Assembly: GCF_009834535.1 (NCBI RefSeq)
Contig: NC_045696.1
Span: 114,826,001 to 114,890,000, forward strand
DNA: 64,000 nt
Source of the DNA: Camelus ferus
Lineage: Eukaryota
Direction: 5' to 3'
This document shows, piece by piece, positions 49,999 to 64,000 of this stretch. The number at the start of each line of letters is the position of its first letter. Position 1 is the first letter of the stretch. The position numbers and the translations under genes are program-made. The notes beneath the pieces are model-generated. The model saw only the letters and a program-made list of their open reading frames with translations, made no database searches and was not told the DNA's origin.

Positions 49999-52900
49999 TT
50001 GTATATGCCAGGATCACAATATGTGCTTGGTGAATGTGGGATGGATGGATGCTTGGAGGAAACGGATGGGTGTGTGTGTAGATGGGTAAATGCAGATAAA
50101 TTATGCCTTTACTTCAGTTATCAAGTATTCTTTTTTTTTTTTTTAAGAAAATATTAACTAGATAGTAGCCAATCAGCTAAGGTACCTGTCTAAACGCTGC
50201 GTTTTTGTTTCCTCAAAATTATCTTTGCTTCATATAATATCAACATAAGATAATTTAATAGGTAGATAAAATGTCCTTCCTCTTAGTAATTGAGAGGAGA
50301 AACGTGCCTGGTCCTTCATATGTAAAAAGCAGTATAGCTATTTTGCACAGATTATCTATTGAGGACTGATCCTGTACTTTGAATTGAATTCAGTGCAAAA
50401 GATCAATCTGCCAAGATGTTGTCACTTAAAGCTCTAAGTATGATAAATGCAATGTAATTGCTATAGTAAGAAGAGAAATCTTTATGAAGGAAAAAAAGGT
50501 GTCTGTTATTTCTATACACAGTGGATTTTATTTTAAAATTTTGAATGGTGTCATTTCTGAAAGTTTTCTGATTAAAAGGCACACACTATTTTGCAGTTTA
50601 TAAGAAGTCATCTGATCAATGATCTATGGATCACTGAAAATATTACTATTATTGAGTAAATATTTTCAGAAAACCCTATGTAATCATTTTATATGAAAAA
50701 ATCCAATTGTTATGTGTTCAATGTGAGTAAAAATGAAAAATAACATTTTAGTGTAAAACAAACAATATGCTTTGTTATACTGTAAAATAACATTTTAGCA
50801 TTAAATTCTTGATCACCATAGCTTCTGAATAGACTTGCACTTCAAGAACAACATAAAATTGAAAAAATTTAAGGTATTTTCCCAAGTATTATAACAAAAC
50901 TAGCTGTATTTCTAGAAAAGCTTGTTACATAAAAGTTTTTGCAAAGTGTTTCTTAATCTCTCCAATACTACATCATAATGACTCTAATATGGCTCTACAA
51001 CTTGATTCCAGAAATTTTACAGCTTTTATGACTTTTTTATGACTTATCAATACCATGTAATTATTCTAATGGTTATTACTGAAGTTTTTATTTCCTTAGA
51101 GATTTGAGGGTTTTTTTATTCCCTCATACTTTTGCTGTTTTCTCAACTAATCATTTCTAACTCATCCTGGGTCTGAGCATTAAAATATAATTTGAAAGAT
51201 TGAAAATGTTTTCTTCAGTGATGGTTATCCCCAACCTTGGTACACAGAATAGGAATATCAAATACATGAAGGGAGTATTCACAGTGCACTGCTGTGTCTG
51301 TGGCAGACCTCAGTAATTGATCAGAGTGTTAATTCCTGTTAAGAGAAAAAACATTCTTCAAATCCTTCTCGGTATATGTCTCTTGAAAGCTCCTACCAAT
51401 GAGATCAAGTTGACAAAAGAGATTAGTTCTATTTGCTGTTTCAAATATAGAAATAATTGAATGTAATTTGTTAAAACTGCATGTTCCTGTGCATATGTGT
51501 AAACTGTGTAGCCACCTACATGTTTATACATACATACATAGTCTGTGTATCACATAGAACTACTCACATTTTACATATGCAAATGTATGTTTGAACTCAT
51601 GTATATTTATATTTCTGTCATTATCAATATTCTTAATGTTATATAAATCTTTAGCTATAGATAATGTTTTCTAGAGAGAAATAAATATAGAACAGACAGA
51701 AATAATTATTCTCACTTAGCCTCTAGCAATAATTTGAAACTGAGACAGTTTTACATTTTCATCCAATTACTATAAACATTTAATTTTAAATGTTCACAAA
51801 GAATATGATTTATGTTTTCTCATTTTCCTTGTTAAACATCTATTAATGCATATGTAATACTGATAATAATTATAACATTTATACAAACATGTAGTGCCAA
51901 TTATTCTCAATTTGAGTTTATTAAGGGCAAAGGAGCACCTCTAACCAATGCCACGGCTAGGACTGGTGACTCTAGATCTGATGAATGAACTCTAGTATTT
52001 CCATTTCATTCTTTTGACCTAGATTAGACAAGTAGAACCAGACCCTTTAATCCTGAGTAGTAGATATGCTCTCCATTGATATAGTCATTCTTGAAAATCA
52101 GCCAAGTTTTCTTACTTGCTTTAGCATAGCACGCCCCAAGTGACACCGTGGAAATAGACATGCATTCTTTCGTTGTCAGTCTCCCATCACCCACATCCCT
52201 GACTTGGAGACACCCTCTTGGTTCTTGGCAATAAGACCAGACCTGTGATCTCCTGTTTCCTGGATTACCCACAGTCTATTTCAGTCTGCGCTATCCTTAC
52301 TGACAGTAATATCCCAAACAGAAGACTTTTTTCTACTTTTTACTTATATACACATATTAATCATAGATTTAATTTGTCCCAAGGTCTTCTATCATCGTAT
52401 GTTAGCTGTATCCATTAATTAATCTGAACCAATGTGTTAATGATGGTAATAAGTTCAACTTGATAATAGCTGTCTTCATCACCTTAGCCAAAGGGATGAA
52501 CTAAAGAAATGTGAACAACTGCAAATAAAGCAATGCAACTGAAGTTGATATTTTTAAGTGCTAGGAATTTTCCTGAAGTCTGCCAAAATGTTGCCTTCTT
52601 TCCTATGTGTTTCAGCATTACCAGTTTTCTTGATATTAAATTATGGAGCCTGAGATATTTAGAAATAGAAATTACCCAGGGATAAACCAATTCAAAAATG
52701 GCAAATAAACTACACTTGAATTGCCGAAGCCCCTACCACTTCCCCATCCTTCCTTGCTGAGCAATAATATAAGCTCACAATATGGTTCAACACAGAACAC
52801 CAAGCAGCGTCTCCCAACCCACCATCATTGGCACTGATGTGAAAATGATTTGTCAGCCTGGACCTAACCGACTCCCTCATTTTTACACATGAGATACAGG

Positions 52901-55199
52901 GAGATAAATGGGGTTGACCCAGGCCACACAGCTGCTTAGCGGACGAAGAGAACAGAATTCCCTACTTCCTGGGCATCTTTGCTTTCACTGCCATGTGTGT
53001 TGCATCAGTGATTCATCTCTGGATTCACTAAAAAGGACTTGAACTTGGTGGAGAATTGCTTATGTATTTTTTTCCCCTTGGGAACTGTGACAGATCAGCC
53101 TGAGTAAAACAAAGCCTTACCCAGGAACGGGATCTGCGTTTCTTGACACTACATCAAAGCTTTTACCCTTTTCAAGAATGGAACTCATATCTCTTGGTTC
53201 TCTGTGCATAGCTTTCTCAATATAGCACCTAAGTTGATTGTTCCAAATTGCATCTGCTTACCTCCAGCCCTCGCATATTTTTAAAAAGTAAAAATGAAGC
53301 TAAATCTGAAAGTGCAGTATCCTAATAAAGTAAAATATATTCGTAGATGACTTAAATAAATTGATAACATTCACAAATATCACTTTGTTTATCAACAAGA
53401 AATAAAGAAATTATTAGTGTAATTAGTAGAGTCAACACACACTGCTGTCACTCTGTGTCCTCTAGAACTTCTATGTCATATAATATTTTGTGCATTATTC
53501 CTTTTGGTTTCTGATGGTTAGAGGAAAACAGTCAGCCTAAAATTATTAATAACTGAAAAGATTTTGTGCAGTTACTCATGAATTATATTTATTTCCCAGG
53601 CTGTGAAATTCAGAAATCATTCTACTTATAATTTATGCAAAAATGAGGGACTTAATTTTGTAGCTAAAGCTAATCAAATATGGAGATAATAAATAATACC
53701 TTATTAAACAGTAGCCTTAACCATTTCTAAGTTCAGGAAACTGCTATTTTGGTTGCATTTCCATGTTAATTTATAGTCTATTTATTGGCTTTTAATGCAG
53801 CATCTTGACTTTTCTTTATTAGTACTGAGGTCAAGTAAATTTGGTTGCAAGCCCTTGAGGTTAGGATAAATGGGCATTTAAAAAGTCTGATTAACTTAGG
53901 TATATTATTGCCGCCAGCTTTTCTACTTTTTAGTGACTGGAGTGCATTTGATCCACACAGACAAGCCATAATTAAAACCGAACGTAGCTTCTCCTGTGCT
54001 TTTCCTTGGTCGGTGGTAGTGTGTTCTCTGTTCTGTAAACCCAGCATGTGACTCTATCCTTTATAAAACTAACAGAACAGTCGACTTAACGCCATCTTCC
54101 ACTGCTCAGATTTTCATGAGAGCAAAAGCATTTAGAAAATGGTCAGAAGAAATAAAGAGAAAATAGATAAATTTTGATGCTTCTGCTTTTAATGGGGTTA
54201 AGCTTGCCATCTACCAAGACAGTGGAAGTCTAACAGCAAAATCATTTGTTCAGTTCACTGAATCACTGAAAGGAAATATATGTGGAATCAGCAGTGGCTG
54301 AGCAAAATGTCAAGATGGTAAATTAGGAAAAGGCCAAATAGTGCCTAATCCAACAGTTTCCAGTCATGTCAGTGTGACATTTTCACCATCTGAGGGTAAT
54401 GACTTTTGCTAACTCCATCATCGTATTGGTCCCAGGAGTTTGCCAGTTCCTGCAGCAGGACCCTCTTCCTGCTGTGTCCAGTCCAGGTGTCCTCAGCCTG
54501 ATCGATGCTCTGTTTGCATCTGTTTGAGCTGGCTACATTGAAGCTCTCATGCATATTGAGTAAACTTACATTTATCAAGTTCCCAGTCAGGGCAGATCTG
54601 CACTTTCTAGATGTTCCTCGTCTTTTCTTGAGTTACTCCGAAATAAATAGAGCCAATTATAGACTCCTTTCCACATTCAGAAAGTATAAGACACTCTCCA
54701 AAGAGTTTAAAAGCCAATATGGAGCCCCAATACATCCCTGCCTTAGTTTGAACACTCATCCATTTAAGGCTGAATTCTTATGACAGTCTTAGTCCCAGGG
54801 TGTGAATTTACACTGTTTTAATCTCACAATGATACCAGAGTGGCCTTTCTCAAGCAACCTGATGACACGACGCACCACAGCTCCAACATCTTCAGTGCAT
54901 CACTTTTTAAAATCGTCTATAGATGTTGAAGACATGATGTTAATGTGACATGATTAAGTTTCTGAGTTTAGATGCCTTCCTTCTCATCGTGCTGAAGTTT
55001 ATCTGTGGATCTGCTTCATTCTTTGGTGACTTGTTTTTAAACTTTGTTTGGTTCGGTCTAGGGAAGCTTTTGCTTTAGTCTGAGTTTAGTTCTACTATTA
55101 AAGCGTTATCCTGCTGAGGTCTTTACTAAGTACCCTAGTGTTTATCAAAGTATTTCTACTCCGATTGAATATAGGTCACATTTCTCCCAGCCCTGGACA

Positions 55200-55905
55200 A
55201 AGTTCTATGAATTGCTCAAAAAAAAAATCATCTATCGAATCCATTTCACATTTCTGGTCCTTATGTACCAGACTCTCAGCTAAATCCTGCCTCATTTGGC
55301 ATCTTTTGCTCTACTCCCCTCGATAGGACCCCATGCCCTTTGTTGTACCTGTAGTTCTCTCAATAATTTTTCACATTCCCGGGGGGAGGGCATAGCTCAG
55401 TGGTAGAGAGCGTGCTTAGTGAGCACAGGGTCCTGGGTTCAATCCTCAGCACCTCCAGTAAAAGAAAGAAATAAACAAACCTAATTACCTCCCCCTGAAA
55501 TAAAAAATAATTAATTAAAAATAGTTTTTTACATTCCCTTCACCTTCACTCCTTCCTCTGTGAAGAAATCCTATTATTCTACCTTTAGCTGCATCTATCT
55601 AGAAAATACCTATTCATTTCCAAAATTTGGTTCAAAAATTATTTGCTCTAAAAAATTTCTCTTTGCTACCCATAAGAAGCTGTAATGCCATCCTTAAATA
55701 GCTCAAGCCTTATTGTGTACGTACTTCTGTAATGGTAGCTCTGACATGTTAGAGGCGTACAAGATATGCCTGTAGGCAGGGCAGTGTCTTATATTTATTC
55801 TTTTATCCCTGTGATGCCTGGGATATACTAGGAGATTAATAAATCATTATTGAGTGACTATGTATAAGGGAAGGGACTAAATGAATAAATGAGTGAATAA
55901 ATGAA
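55200..55905 (+). mobile_element. L2 3' remnant with (TGAA)n-like end, interrupted by a SINE
   Basis: aatacctattcatttccaaaa...ggcagggcagtgtcttatatttattc...aataaatcattattgagtg...atgaataaatgagtgaataaatgaat. Confidence 0.55.
55381..55519 (+). mobile_element. tRNA-derived SINE (camelid vic-1-like)
   Basis: ggggggagggcatagctcagtggtagag...gtcctgggttcaatcc...aaacctaattacctcccc; 19-bp TSD with 2 mismatches at 55362-55380 and 55520-55538. Confidence 0.9.
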
Positions 55906-58133
55906 TGTGTAGGACTTGACCTCTGGCTGAGCCATCCTTTCAAAATGGCCCCACCATCAGCAAGAGTTGACTTTCATTCTCTATAGCTTCAAGGAGCAGA
56001 AGTCAAGTAGAGTTTCCTTCCCTGATGGGCACACCTCAAGGAAGCAGTGTATGAAGGTAGGAGAAAAATGGTAACCACTGTATGTGGAGTCCTTACCCTG
56101 TGTAAGCACCATTGCTTAATGTTTTGCATACTAATCTTACTTAGACTGTCTAGCCACTTTGCGAGGTAATTATAGAGCATATGCATTTCACAGATGACAG
56201 CACTGAGCCCAAAGCGGTGCCATGACTTTCCTTAAGGCCACTCTGATAACGAGTTACGAAGCCTGTATTTGAGCTCTAATGTACTGCAAAAGGCTTAGTT
56301 TCTACACAGTGCACTAATTTGGCCATCAGGTCATGTAGGTAGGGATAAAAAGACGTGCCCAGTCATTTAGATCTTTCTATCTCTCTCCATCAAACTAGAG
56401 TTTCATTTCACACACTCTTACTTCTTCCCTCCTATAAAAATGTTATGCCTTAACAGACTATGCAAAAGAACCTCCATTATACATAGAGCTTCTGTGCTGA
56501 AACCACCTCTTGGGAGAAAAGCACACACTTGACAGCTGTTCTGACCAAACTGTGAATTAAAATGAAAGGGAAATTTCTATTGAAAATAAAACAAGGTTAG
56601 AAAACAATTTTCTATGATATTGAGTTTCCACAGAGATGCAAATGTACAAATATTTCTGTCCATTCTCTCTATAAATATCTACCTAAGCAACATTATTAAA
56701 ATTAAATATAGCTTATCATTAATATAATTAAGTATTTTAATATTTATTAATTTAATATTAAATGAAATATGATTTATCTCTAGTATAATTTTAAATTAAA
56801 ATATAGTATTATATACATGTAAAATAGCATGCATTCATATAGTTGGCATCCTGAAACATATGCACAGAATAAAGGAGTCTAGAGAAGGAATTAGACCAAT
56901 TGTTAGCAATTAGCTATGGGTGACATTACTCCATATTTTTTTGCAATAAGCATATGTTGTTTTATAGTATAAATAAAGTTCTGAAATGTATAGTCATTAA
57001 AGAAGTCACCTCATGTTAAATTCTTATGTGCATATAAAACCTTTAATTGCTAACTGGCCCCATTTTGTTTCAGAAAACTGTAGATTTTTTTTAAAGTTTT
57101 GACAGTTTATATTTTCACATAGAACCTCTGCTTTTTTCTCATACCTTTTTCTAGACAATTGTTCATTTTACAATCCCCACTCTCAGAAAGACTCGAGAAA
57201 GTTTAACATAATTTCCTGTCGAAAAGGGAAATTGCCTTTTAAAAACTGTAATTGCACATTTTTTGCATAATTAGATAAGGCTGCCATAGAAGTTAGATGA
57301 GGACTCCTGGGAGCTCCTATTAGGGAGCTGTTCGAGGGAGAGCAGCAACCAGCCAGGACTGGCCGGAGCGAAAAAAGATGATCTGGCCTCTCAAGCCAAG
57401 AAGGGTTCAGATCATTAAGTTAAGGGATCGCAGTGACTCAGAGTCTCATCTGTGTTGATATGGACCCAAACTGGCAGGCTTCTCAGCTGTAAGTAAGAGG
57501 GAATTCTAGAGGAAGATGGGTGGCCTGAGGCCATTTGAGGGGACTCTGGAAGACAGGTCCGTTGCAAGGGTTAGGACCAACAAGTACTAGCCAAGAGGTC
57601 AGGTCTTCCGCCAGCTGGGCTCAGGTTCAGGGCTAGGCTCACAGGGACCGGTCTTGAACCAAGGAAGCAGGAATGGTAAGAGAGAGAGACGCAAAGTGAC
57701 TCACAGGGGTCTCCGAGCAGATACTCACAGACTAAAGTCACACCAGGAGAGAGGACAGCAAACGCTTTCTAGACCCTCCTAAACATTTGGAGCAGAGGGT
57801 CCTAATGGGCTGCCCATCCAGATCCTCTCTGTTGCATGAGGCTGAGCCCGTAAGTTGCACATGTGTAGTCCCTGCAGCTGAACCCAGGACCATCTCAGTT
57901 TCCTCATCTGTCAAATGGGGGCAATGACTGCCCGCACCTCACACAAGTGTTTTTTGCAATGAATAATGTGTATTAAGTGATGCATTTGGTATTGGGAAGA
58001 CTTAGTTATTTTTGATGACTAGTTTCCTTGTAACCTAATGTCTATACCGGTGAGTTTTCAACACAGGTAGCAAGTGAGAGTAGCTCGTGGAGTATTTTTT
58101 AGCCACAAAAATCTGGACTCTATCCCAGTCCTA

Positions 58134-58345
58134 TTTTTTTTTCTTTTTTAAATTGAAATATAGCTGATTTACAACGTTGTGTTAATTTCTGGTGTACAGC
58201 ATAGTGATTCAGTCATATATATATATATTCTTTTCAACATTCTTTATCACTGTAGGTTGTTACAAGCTATTGAATATAGTAGTTCCCTGTGTTATACAGC
58301 AGGCCTTACTGTTTATCTATTTGACACATAGTAGTAAGTATCTCC
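58134..58345 (-). mobile_element. L1 3' end, apparently inserted into a MER5-like MITE (about 58050-58430)
   Basis: T-run, aattgaaatatagctgatttacaacgttgtgttaatttctggtgtacagcatagtgattcagt...gtttatctat. Confidence 0.85.
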
Positions 58346-61127
58346 TAATCCTTTTGAATTAGAACTTCTTGGGCTGAAGTGCGAGGATCCCTATTTTTCA
58401 TAAAATTCCAAGGGTATTTTATCCTGCAAAGAGTGACTAAGCATGTGTTGGTGACACTATTTCATTTACTAAAAGCTACTTATGATTATTTAAAATGACC
58501 ATAATAGTGAATCCCTTATGATTAAAGAAAAATGACGCAAAAATGACTTATGATTCCTTAAAGTAACACAATAGTAACAGATTTATGCTACTTAATTAGA
58601 TCAGTCGTCAGGTTTAGAACTGAAATAACTACTAAAATAGTCTCTGAAGGAAAAAAAGGGGGCCTTATGTGAAAATCAGAGATCCGTTGCTTTAGCTGTG
58701 CTAAAACGCACTAGTTGGTACTTGTGCTCGCAATAGAGGAAAGTGTCATTCTCCTGATGCTGTTTCATGGTTCTGATATCACAGATGATCAAAATTTTTT
58801 CTGCTTACTGTCCTTATGCAAATGAGTGAATGAGCAGCGTCTAAGAATACAGTGTGAGCGAATACTTCTCCTACTTCCCAAATCTCTTTATAAAGGGATT
58901 TCACTTCTTTGTATTGTGCAAACAGAGTTCAGTTTCAAACATGTCAGCAATTTTAATCTTCTGAACCCCTTTGATTCTCTAATAATACTAGGTCAATGTG
59001 AAGATGTCATGGCAGGTAGCAACAGACTTTAGTAAAACACTGACTGTTCTTCAGAACTCTCTTCAGGTATACTAGCCGTCCCTGGATTCCCTGGAGAAAA
59101 TCTCCTTTTAGTTAAATCATTTGAGTTCATAGAATCTCTTTTTTTTTTTTTTTTATTTCAGACTATATACTTTCAGGCACTATGCCTTGTGGTGCAAAGT
59201 ATGATTCATACTTGCTAGACGGTGCAATTTATCTACCGTAACAATTCTTTATTTTCTAGTGCTTTTGGTTGGAACCATTTTTCTTCCTAGCATGGGTAGG
59301 AAGAGACAAACAACATTTGGCTCCTTTTTATGCCACTGTTTCATGTTGTAGTTTTTATGTAGAGTGCACTAGAAATTCATAATTCTGAAAAATGAAGCGA
59401 GGGAAACACCGCAAAGAAGTATACGTCCCAACAAGAACTGCCTGCCAAACTCAGGGGGTTGTAAAGTACTGAATGAAACATTTACAGTCAGGGAAATAGA
59501 AGAAATCACTATGTTAAAAAAAAATGAGTCCAAGCATCATAATACTACCTGCAGAAGAATGTCGTTATTTTTCCCCTAAAGGAGGGCAATGACAAGAACC
59601 AACAAAGTAGATTATGGTGAACAAGTGATAAAACATCCTCTCTTTTCCAGCAGTCTTTGATAGCAGGAGGCACACTCGGTGAATTTTAGTGAACATGAAA
59701 GCCAGAAGTGATGGCCCTCTACAGAGGACGCCATGTGTGGGGAGAGGGAGGGCTTCTGCAGATGCAACTGCCGGAATCCATCATGGCAGTGATGTCAATT
59801 GCATTGGCCGAAATGCATTTTCCCTAAGAGCTGGACCCGTTTGCTTCCAACTTGAATGATACAGTGGACACCTGTTAAAGGAGAAAAGGGAACTTTCACA
59901 GCTTTTTCCTTCCCCAAGGTAGGCAGATGATATTTATCACATGATTTTCATATATAATGTATTTTTATATATTTTTCTTTATATAGTATATGTATATATT
60001 TATGCAGTTTACATATATGATTATAAATGAAGATAAATTCCTGGTCCCAGTAGATTTTGCATAACTAAAGTCAAAACCAATTTACCTATTAAATTCAAAT
60101 AAAAGTTTAAAGCCATACAATTCAGGTTAACCATGTGACTTTAATAGGATGGAAGTTAGAGTTTTCTCAAGACGCTATTACCCCTTCCAATGTGAAATTA
60201 CCCCTCATGACTACTCTAAGGCATAGTGTGCTATGCCAACATGAACCACACGAGGACCCGATTCCCTACCGCTTGTTTCTGGTTGTACAATCATAAGATG
60301 TTTATCTCATCAATGGTGTTGCTTGGTTTTCACACGGTACAAATGTAACCACCAGCACCAACCCAAATGTGGGCACTGAAGTTGAAAAACAAGATTCAGT
60401 TTTAATTTTGTGGATCTCCTAGATGACCCAAAATGTTATGTAGGTTTTCCAGATCATCAAAATGCAAAAACAAATGACTGAAGAGAAATTCTCGATACCC
60501 TGAGATCATATCCTCAGACTCAATTTGAGGTAGACTGAAAACACATCCAAATTGTCAAATCATTGATATCACCTCTAGGGCAGACCTGGGCCATTTAGGA
60601 GTCTTAGGAGGTATATGGGATAGGTATTTATTTTGTAGCCATATGATTTTATTTTTACTTTCCCCCAAACATTTACCAAACACTTACTGTTCCAGGCAAA
60701 ATGTCAGGCACTGGTGAGCTAAGGATAATTTAGATTTGGCCCTTGACCTCAAGAAACTTAGAGGTTATCAGGAGAGAGACACATATTTTGAAAAATGGCC
60801 CCATTGCAAGTAATCATCCTATCAGAATAACCGCAGAAGTATGTACAAAGGGCTATGTGCAAATGTAGAAAAGCACGTGACTGTTCTTTAATCTTAGAGC
60901 TGACATGGATTTGGAGAGCAGTTGAGACACCCTCTTAGCTTAAAGATGAGGCAAAGCCTTTCATCTTTCCCTTTTCTCTCCCTCCCAGTTTTCCTTTTGT
61001 CAATGTATATTTTTCTCATCTCTACCTGTACCTTGTTTGGCCAAGGACACCAAAAAAGTTGTTAACTTTCCTAGGAGCTTCTCAGTCCTCAAAGGCCAGC
61101 TTCCTGCAGTTTTAAAATAAATTTGAG

Positions 61128-61558
61128 CAGCAACAAGGATGAACCTAGAGATTAGCATTCTAAGTGAAGTAAGTCATACAGAGAAAGACAAATATCATAT
61201 GATATCACTTATATGTGGAACCTAAAAAAAATGGCACAAATGAACTTTTACAAAACAGAAGCAGACTCACATAGAAAACAAACTTATGGTTACCAGGGGG
61301 GACAGGGGAGACGGGGTTAATTAGGAGTTTGGGATCAGCAGATACAAACTACTATATATAAAAGAGATAAACAACAAGGTCTTACTGTCTAGTACATGGA
61401 ACTAGATTCAATATGTTGTACTGAGGTACAATGAAAAAGAATGTGAAAAAGAATACATATTTGTATATAACTGAATCACTCTGCTGTACACCAGAAACTA
61501 ATACAGCATTGTAAATCAACTATACTTCAATTAAATACATATATATATATATATATAT
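61128..61558 (+). mobile_element. L1 3' end with (TA)n-converted tail
   Basis: gcaacaaggatgaacctagaga...aagtgaagtaagtca...ctgctgtacaccagaaacta...tatacttcaatt; atttgag repeated at 61121-61127 and 61559-61565. Confidence 0.9.
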
Positions 61559-61609
61559 ATTTGAGTAAACATTGTCCATTGAAGCTCAATAATGTGGGAG
61601 ATAGAAATT

Positions 61610-61840
61610 TGGCTTAGCATGACCATAAATACAGGGTTCTTGGCTTCAGCTACTGGGATTCAGATCTCATTCTTGTTATCTGAGCAATCTTGGGCTCATA
61701 GCTTCATTCTGTTTTGGTTTCTTAACCTTTCAAATGGGAATAAAAATAACTGTACTTATTTCACATGGTAACTAGAAGAACGAAACAAAATCATGAATTT
61801 AAAGCGCCTCACACAGTCTGGCAAATATCAAGTGTTTCAG
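61610..61840 (+). mobile_element. MIR remnant
   Basis: ctgggattcagatctc...aatcttggg...ggtttcttaacctttcaaatgggaataaaaataac. Confidence 0.55.
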
Positions 61841-64000
61841 TAAGGACTGGCTCAGGTTAGAAGTACTGGCGGCCCTCAGTGGACACAGGTATCCCCATGG
61901 GAAACAGATAATTCAACTGTCTTGACCACCCATTGTGGGGCATTTGAGCTCTAAAGGAGAACTTACTATGATTGACAGTTTTCTTTCAGATCAGGACTAC
62001 ACTTTCCCATGTAAACACTTTTTTATTTTTATTCCATTAAGAAATAAAAACTGACGTGGTATATGAAAAAGGTGACAGGATACTCAGTCCCGTAAAACTT
62101 GATCTCTCAGGAAGCCCAGTCTGTCCACTAACTCATTCTGTTACTGGAAGTGAATCATTTTGCCTCTCTAGGCTCTAGCTTCCTCATTTGCAAAATGTAG
62201 AAGTCTACAGTCACCAGATGATTTAAAATGTGCCCTTGGATTCATTCTAAGATTTCCAAGAAGTGTATCCTTTTTTGGGGGTAATTGATTTCATCTTCTT
62301 TTGGGTCCACAATTTATGGGCACAAGAACACTGCTGACTTTTTTTTTTTTTTTTTTTTTTTTGCGCCAGAGAATCCTTTCTGTGGTTTATAACCGAACTG
62401 AAACTTTGCAAAACTTACATCCTCTTATTGCTTTTTTTTTAGAAGCTACAGTTGGCAAAACCAAATGTGTCAGTTTCTATTCTGATGTTGCCAGTCTTCG
62501 CACGTTATAAACAGCACTTACAGCAAAACGGTTTAGTGTGAGAGTAATAATATGGTATTTTTCAGTCGTTTAGATTAAATTTTAAACCCCATCTCTGCTG
62601 CTTGCTCCCAGTCTGCCAGCAGATGTGTTATTTCACCTCTCTGAGGACACCTAGCACACAGACTGGCACATGGTACCCGCTCATGGAACTGACATCCCTT
62701 TATTTTTGCTTTTTTATCAGCATCTTACATACACAGTCATGAAAGTCTAGATAGATAAAAAGATCTCTTAATATATCTCATTGTCTTGTACTTTGCTGTA
62801 ACCTAAGCATTTGTATTCATTACTTCATGGTAAATTTAGGTGCTTTTTAATTGTGAAAAGCTTTCAGAATACGGCTAGAAACGACAGTAAATTATTGATT
62901 TTTCTAAAAATGGTAGTCCAAATGGAACTTTATTACTTATGAACATTAGGATTCAACAAAATCTCATTTCCTCTAAGCTTCTATTAACATCAAGCTAATG
63001 CACCTGAGAAACCATAGCATTAAGAGCTTTGGGGGTGGCCCATCTCTAACAAACCCCATGCATCGTACACCTGAGCATCTGTACTCAGTGCAGTGTTGCC
63101 TGCCTTCCCATTTCCCATTTCACTTATTACTAAAATCTCTAGCACAACACTCCAAGGCTTATTCCTGAAAATATCTTAAAAGCTGACATTTAATATTGAA
63201 AAGTTTTGATAAAGGGCACTTACCAGACTCTCTGTTCTGTGACCTAGCATTTAAGGATTCTACAGCCAGACCCCAATCTGTTTATCCTTGTCATAAAAGC
63301 TCCCACTGGTTGCCAGCGTAAACACGGGGCTTCTAGCCTTTCCACGGACCCCCATCAGGACACACTGACCTTCGCAGGTATCTGGGATTGGGTCTCCATT
63401 CACTCCGACCATCTGTTGGTTTCCCTCCTATGCTTCAAGGTCCACTGCAAGTCCAATGTCTTCCATAAACCCCAGGATGACAGCTTACCTTAGCGTTTAT
63501 TGGGTGTGGACACCTGAGGGATCATTTCCATTTCTACTGAGTTAGGTTTATCACTTCATTTTGTCTATCCTTTTAAGCACTTGTCATTACTCACACTTTT
63601 CCTATAAATCCCAACCTCTCTGGATAAATCCAGGCATCTCCTTCTTCAATTCTTATATCAAGAGTTTGAGACAAGCTGAGGAATCTTGCTCATTCTGGTT
63701 GACTAATTTCACTATAACAATCTGATCATTAATCGCAACTTATATTTTTTTTCCATTATGTCAAAAATCCCTTTACATTAGCCATACCTGGTCTGCTTCC
63801 TTTCTCATGGACCACGTGTCTGTTCCAGGCTTTCAGCACTCTTCCACAAGTCATCACTCCCTTTTCACAAAGTATGTTCACTGAGATATATTTATATATG
63901 TGTGTAAGCACGCCGTGATGACAACGGTATGACACTGTCCATATGATTCTGTCATTTGCTGTTTTACTTAAAAATTATCATGATACATTTTCCCACATCA

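Larger units (their letters stand above)
16340..64000 (+). other. Downstream intron of the ZNF385-family gene (partial, >47 kb)
   Basis: Begins gtaagc; no further ZNF385-like coding exon recognised in the window. Confidence 0.65.

Noticed and set aside
55381..55460. tRNA gene (also 49562-49640)
   Set aside because: Has A/B boxes but also a SINE-specific tail, A-rich end and TSDs, so it is a SINE.
56690..56830. Extremely AT-rich tract as a matrix-attachment element
   Set aside because: Low complexity only; no specific evidence for function.
59895..59925. Second recursive-site candidate ttccttccccaag|gtaggc
   Set aside because: AAG acceptor, weaker donor and a competing upstream AG; expected by chance.
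709..62510. The short ORFs of the supplied track as genes
   Set aside because: All are 60-142 aa, many with non-ATG starts and no host-protein motifs; they are chance ORFs, microsatellite translations or transposon remnants.
1..64000. Novel multi-gene system (defence island, operon, provirus)
   Set aside because: Mammalian intronic DNA with one exon; the LTRs are solo, with no gag/pol/env sequence recognised.

Overview
AT-rich, CpG-depleted mammalian genomic DNA, not prokaryotic. Two tRNA-derived SINEs resemble the camelid vic-1 family, suggesting camel, alpaca or llama. The only convincing host coding sequence is a 219-bp + strand internal exon (16121-16339), missed by the ORF track. It encodes a matrin/U1-type C-x2-C-x12-H-x5-H zinc finger of the ZNF385 family, most likely the N-terminal finger exon of a long ZNF385D isoform. 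The rest looks like large introns filled with L1, L2, MIR, ERV/MaLR LTRs, Tigger/Charlie MITEs, SINEs and microsatellites. I found no novel multi-gene system. The most interesting readable structures are unusual TSD-bounded retrotransposition products: a twin-primed 5'-inverted L1 ending about 40 bp before the exon acceptor, a mosaic retrocopy with a 19-bp TSD, and an L1 carrying about 240 bp of captured sequence. There is also a well-preserved, motif-rich antisense solo LTR. Repeat subfamily names come from recalled consensus motifs, not a database search, and old-repeat boundaries are approximate.
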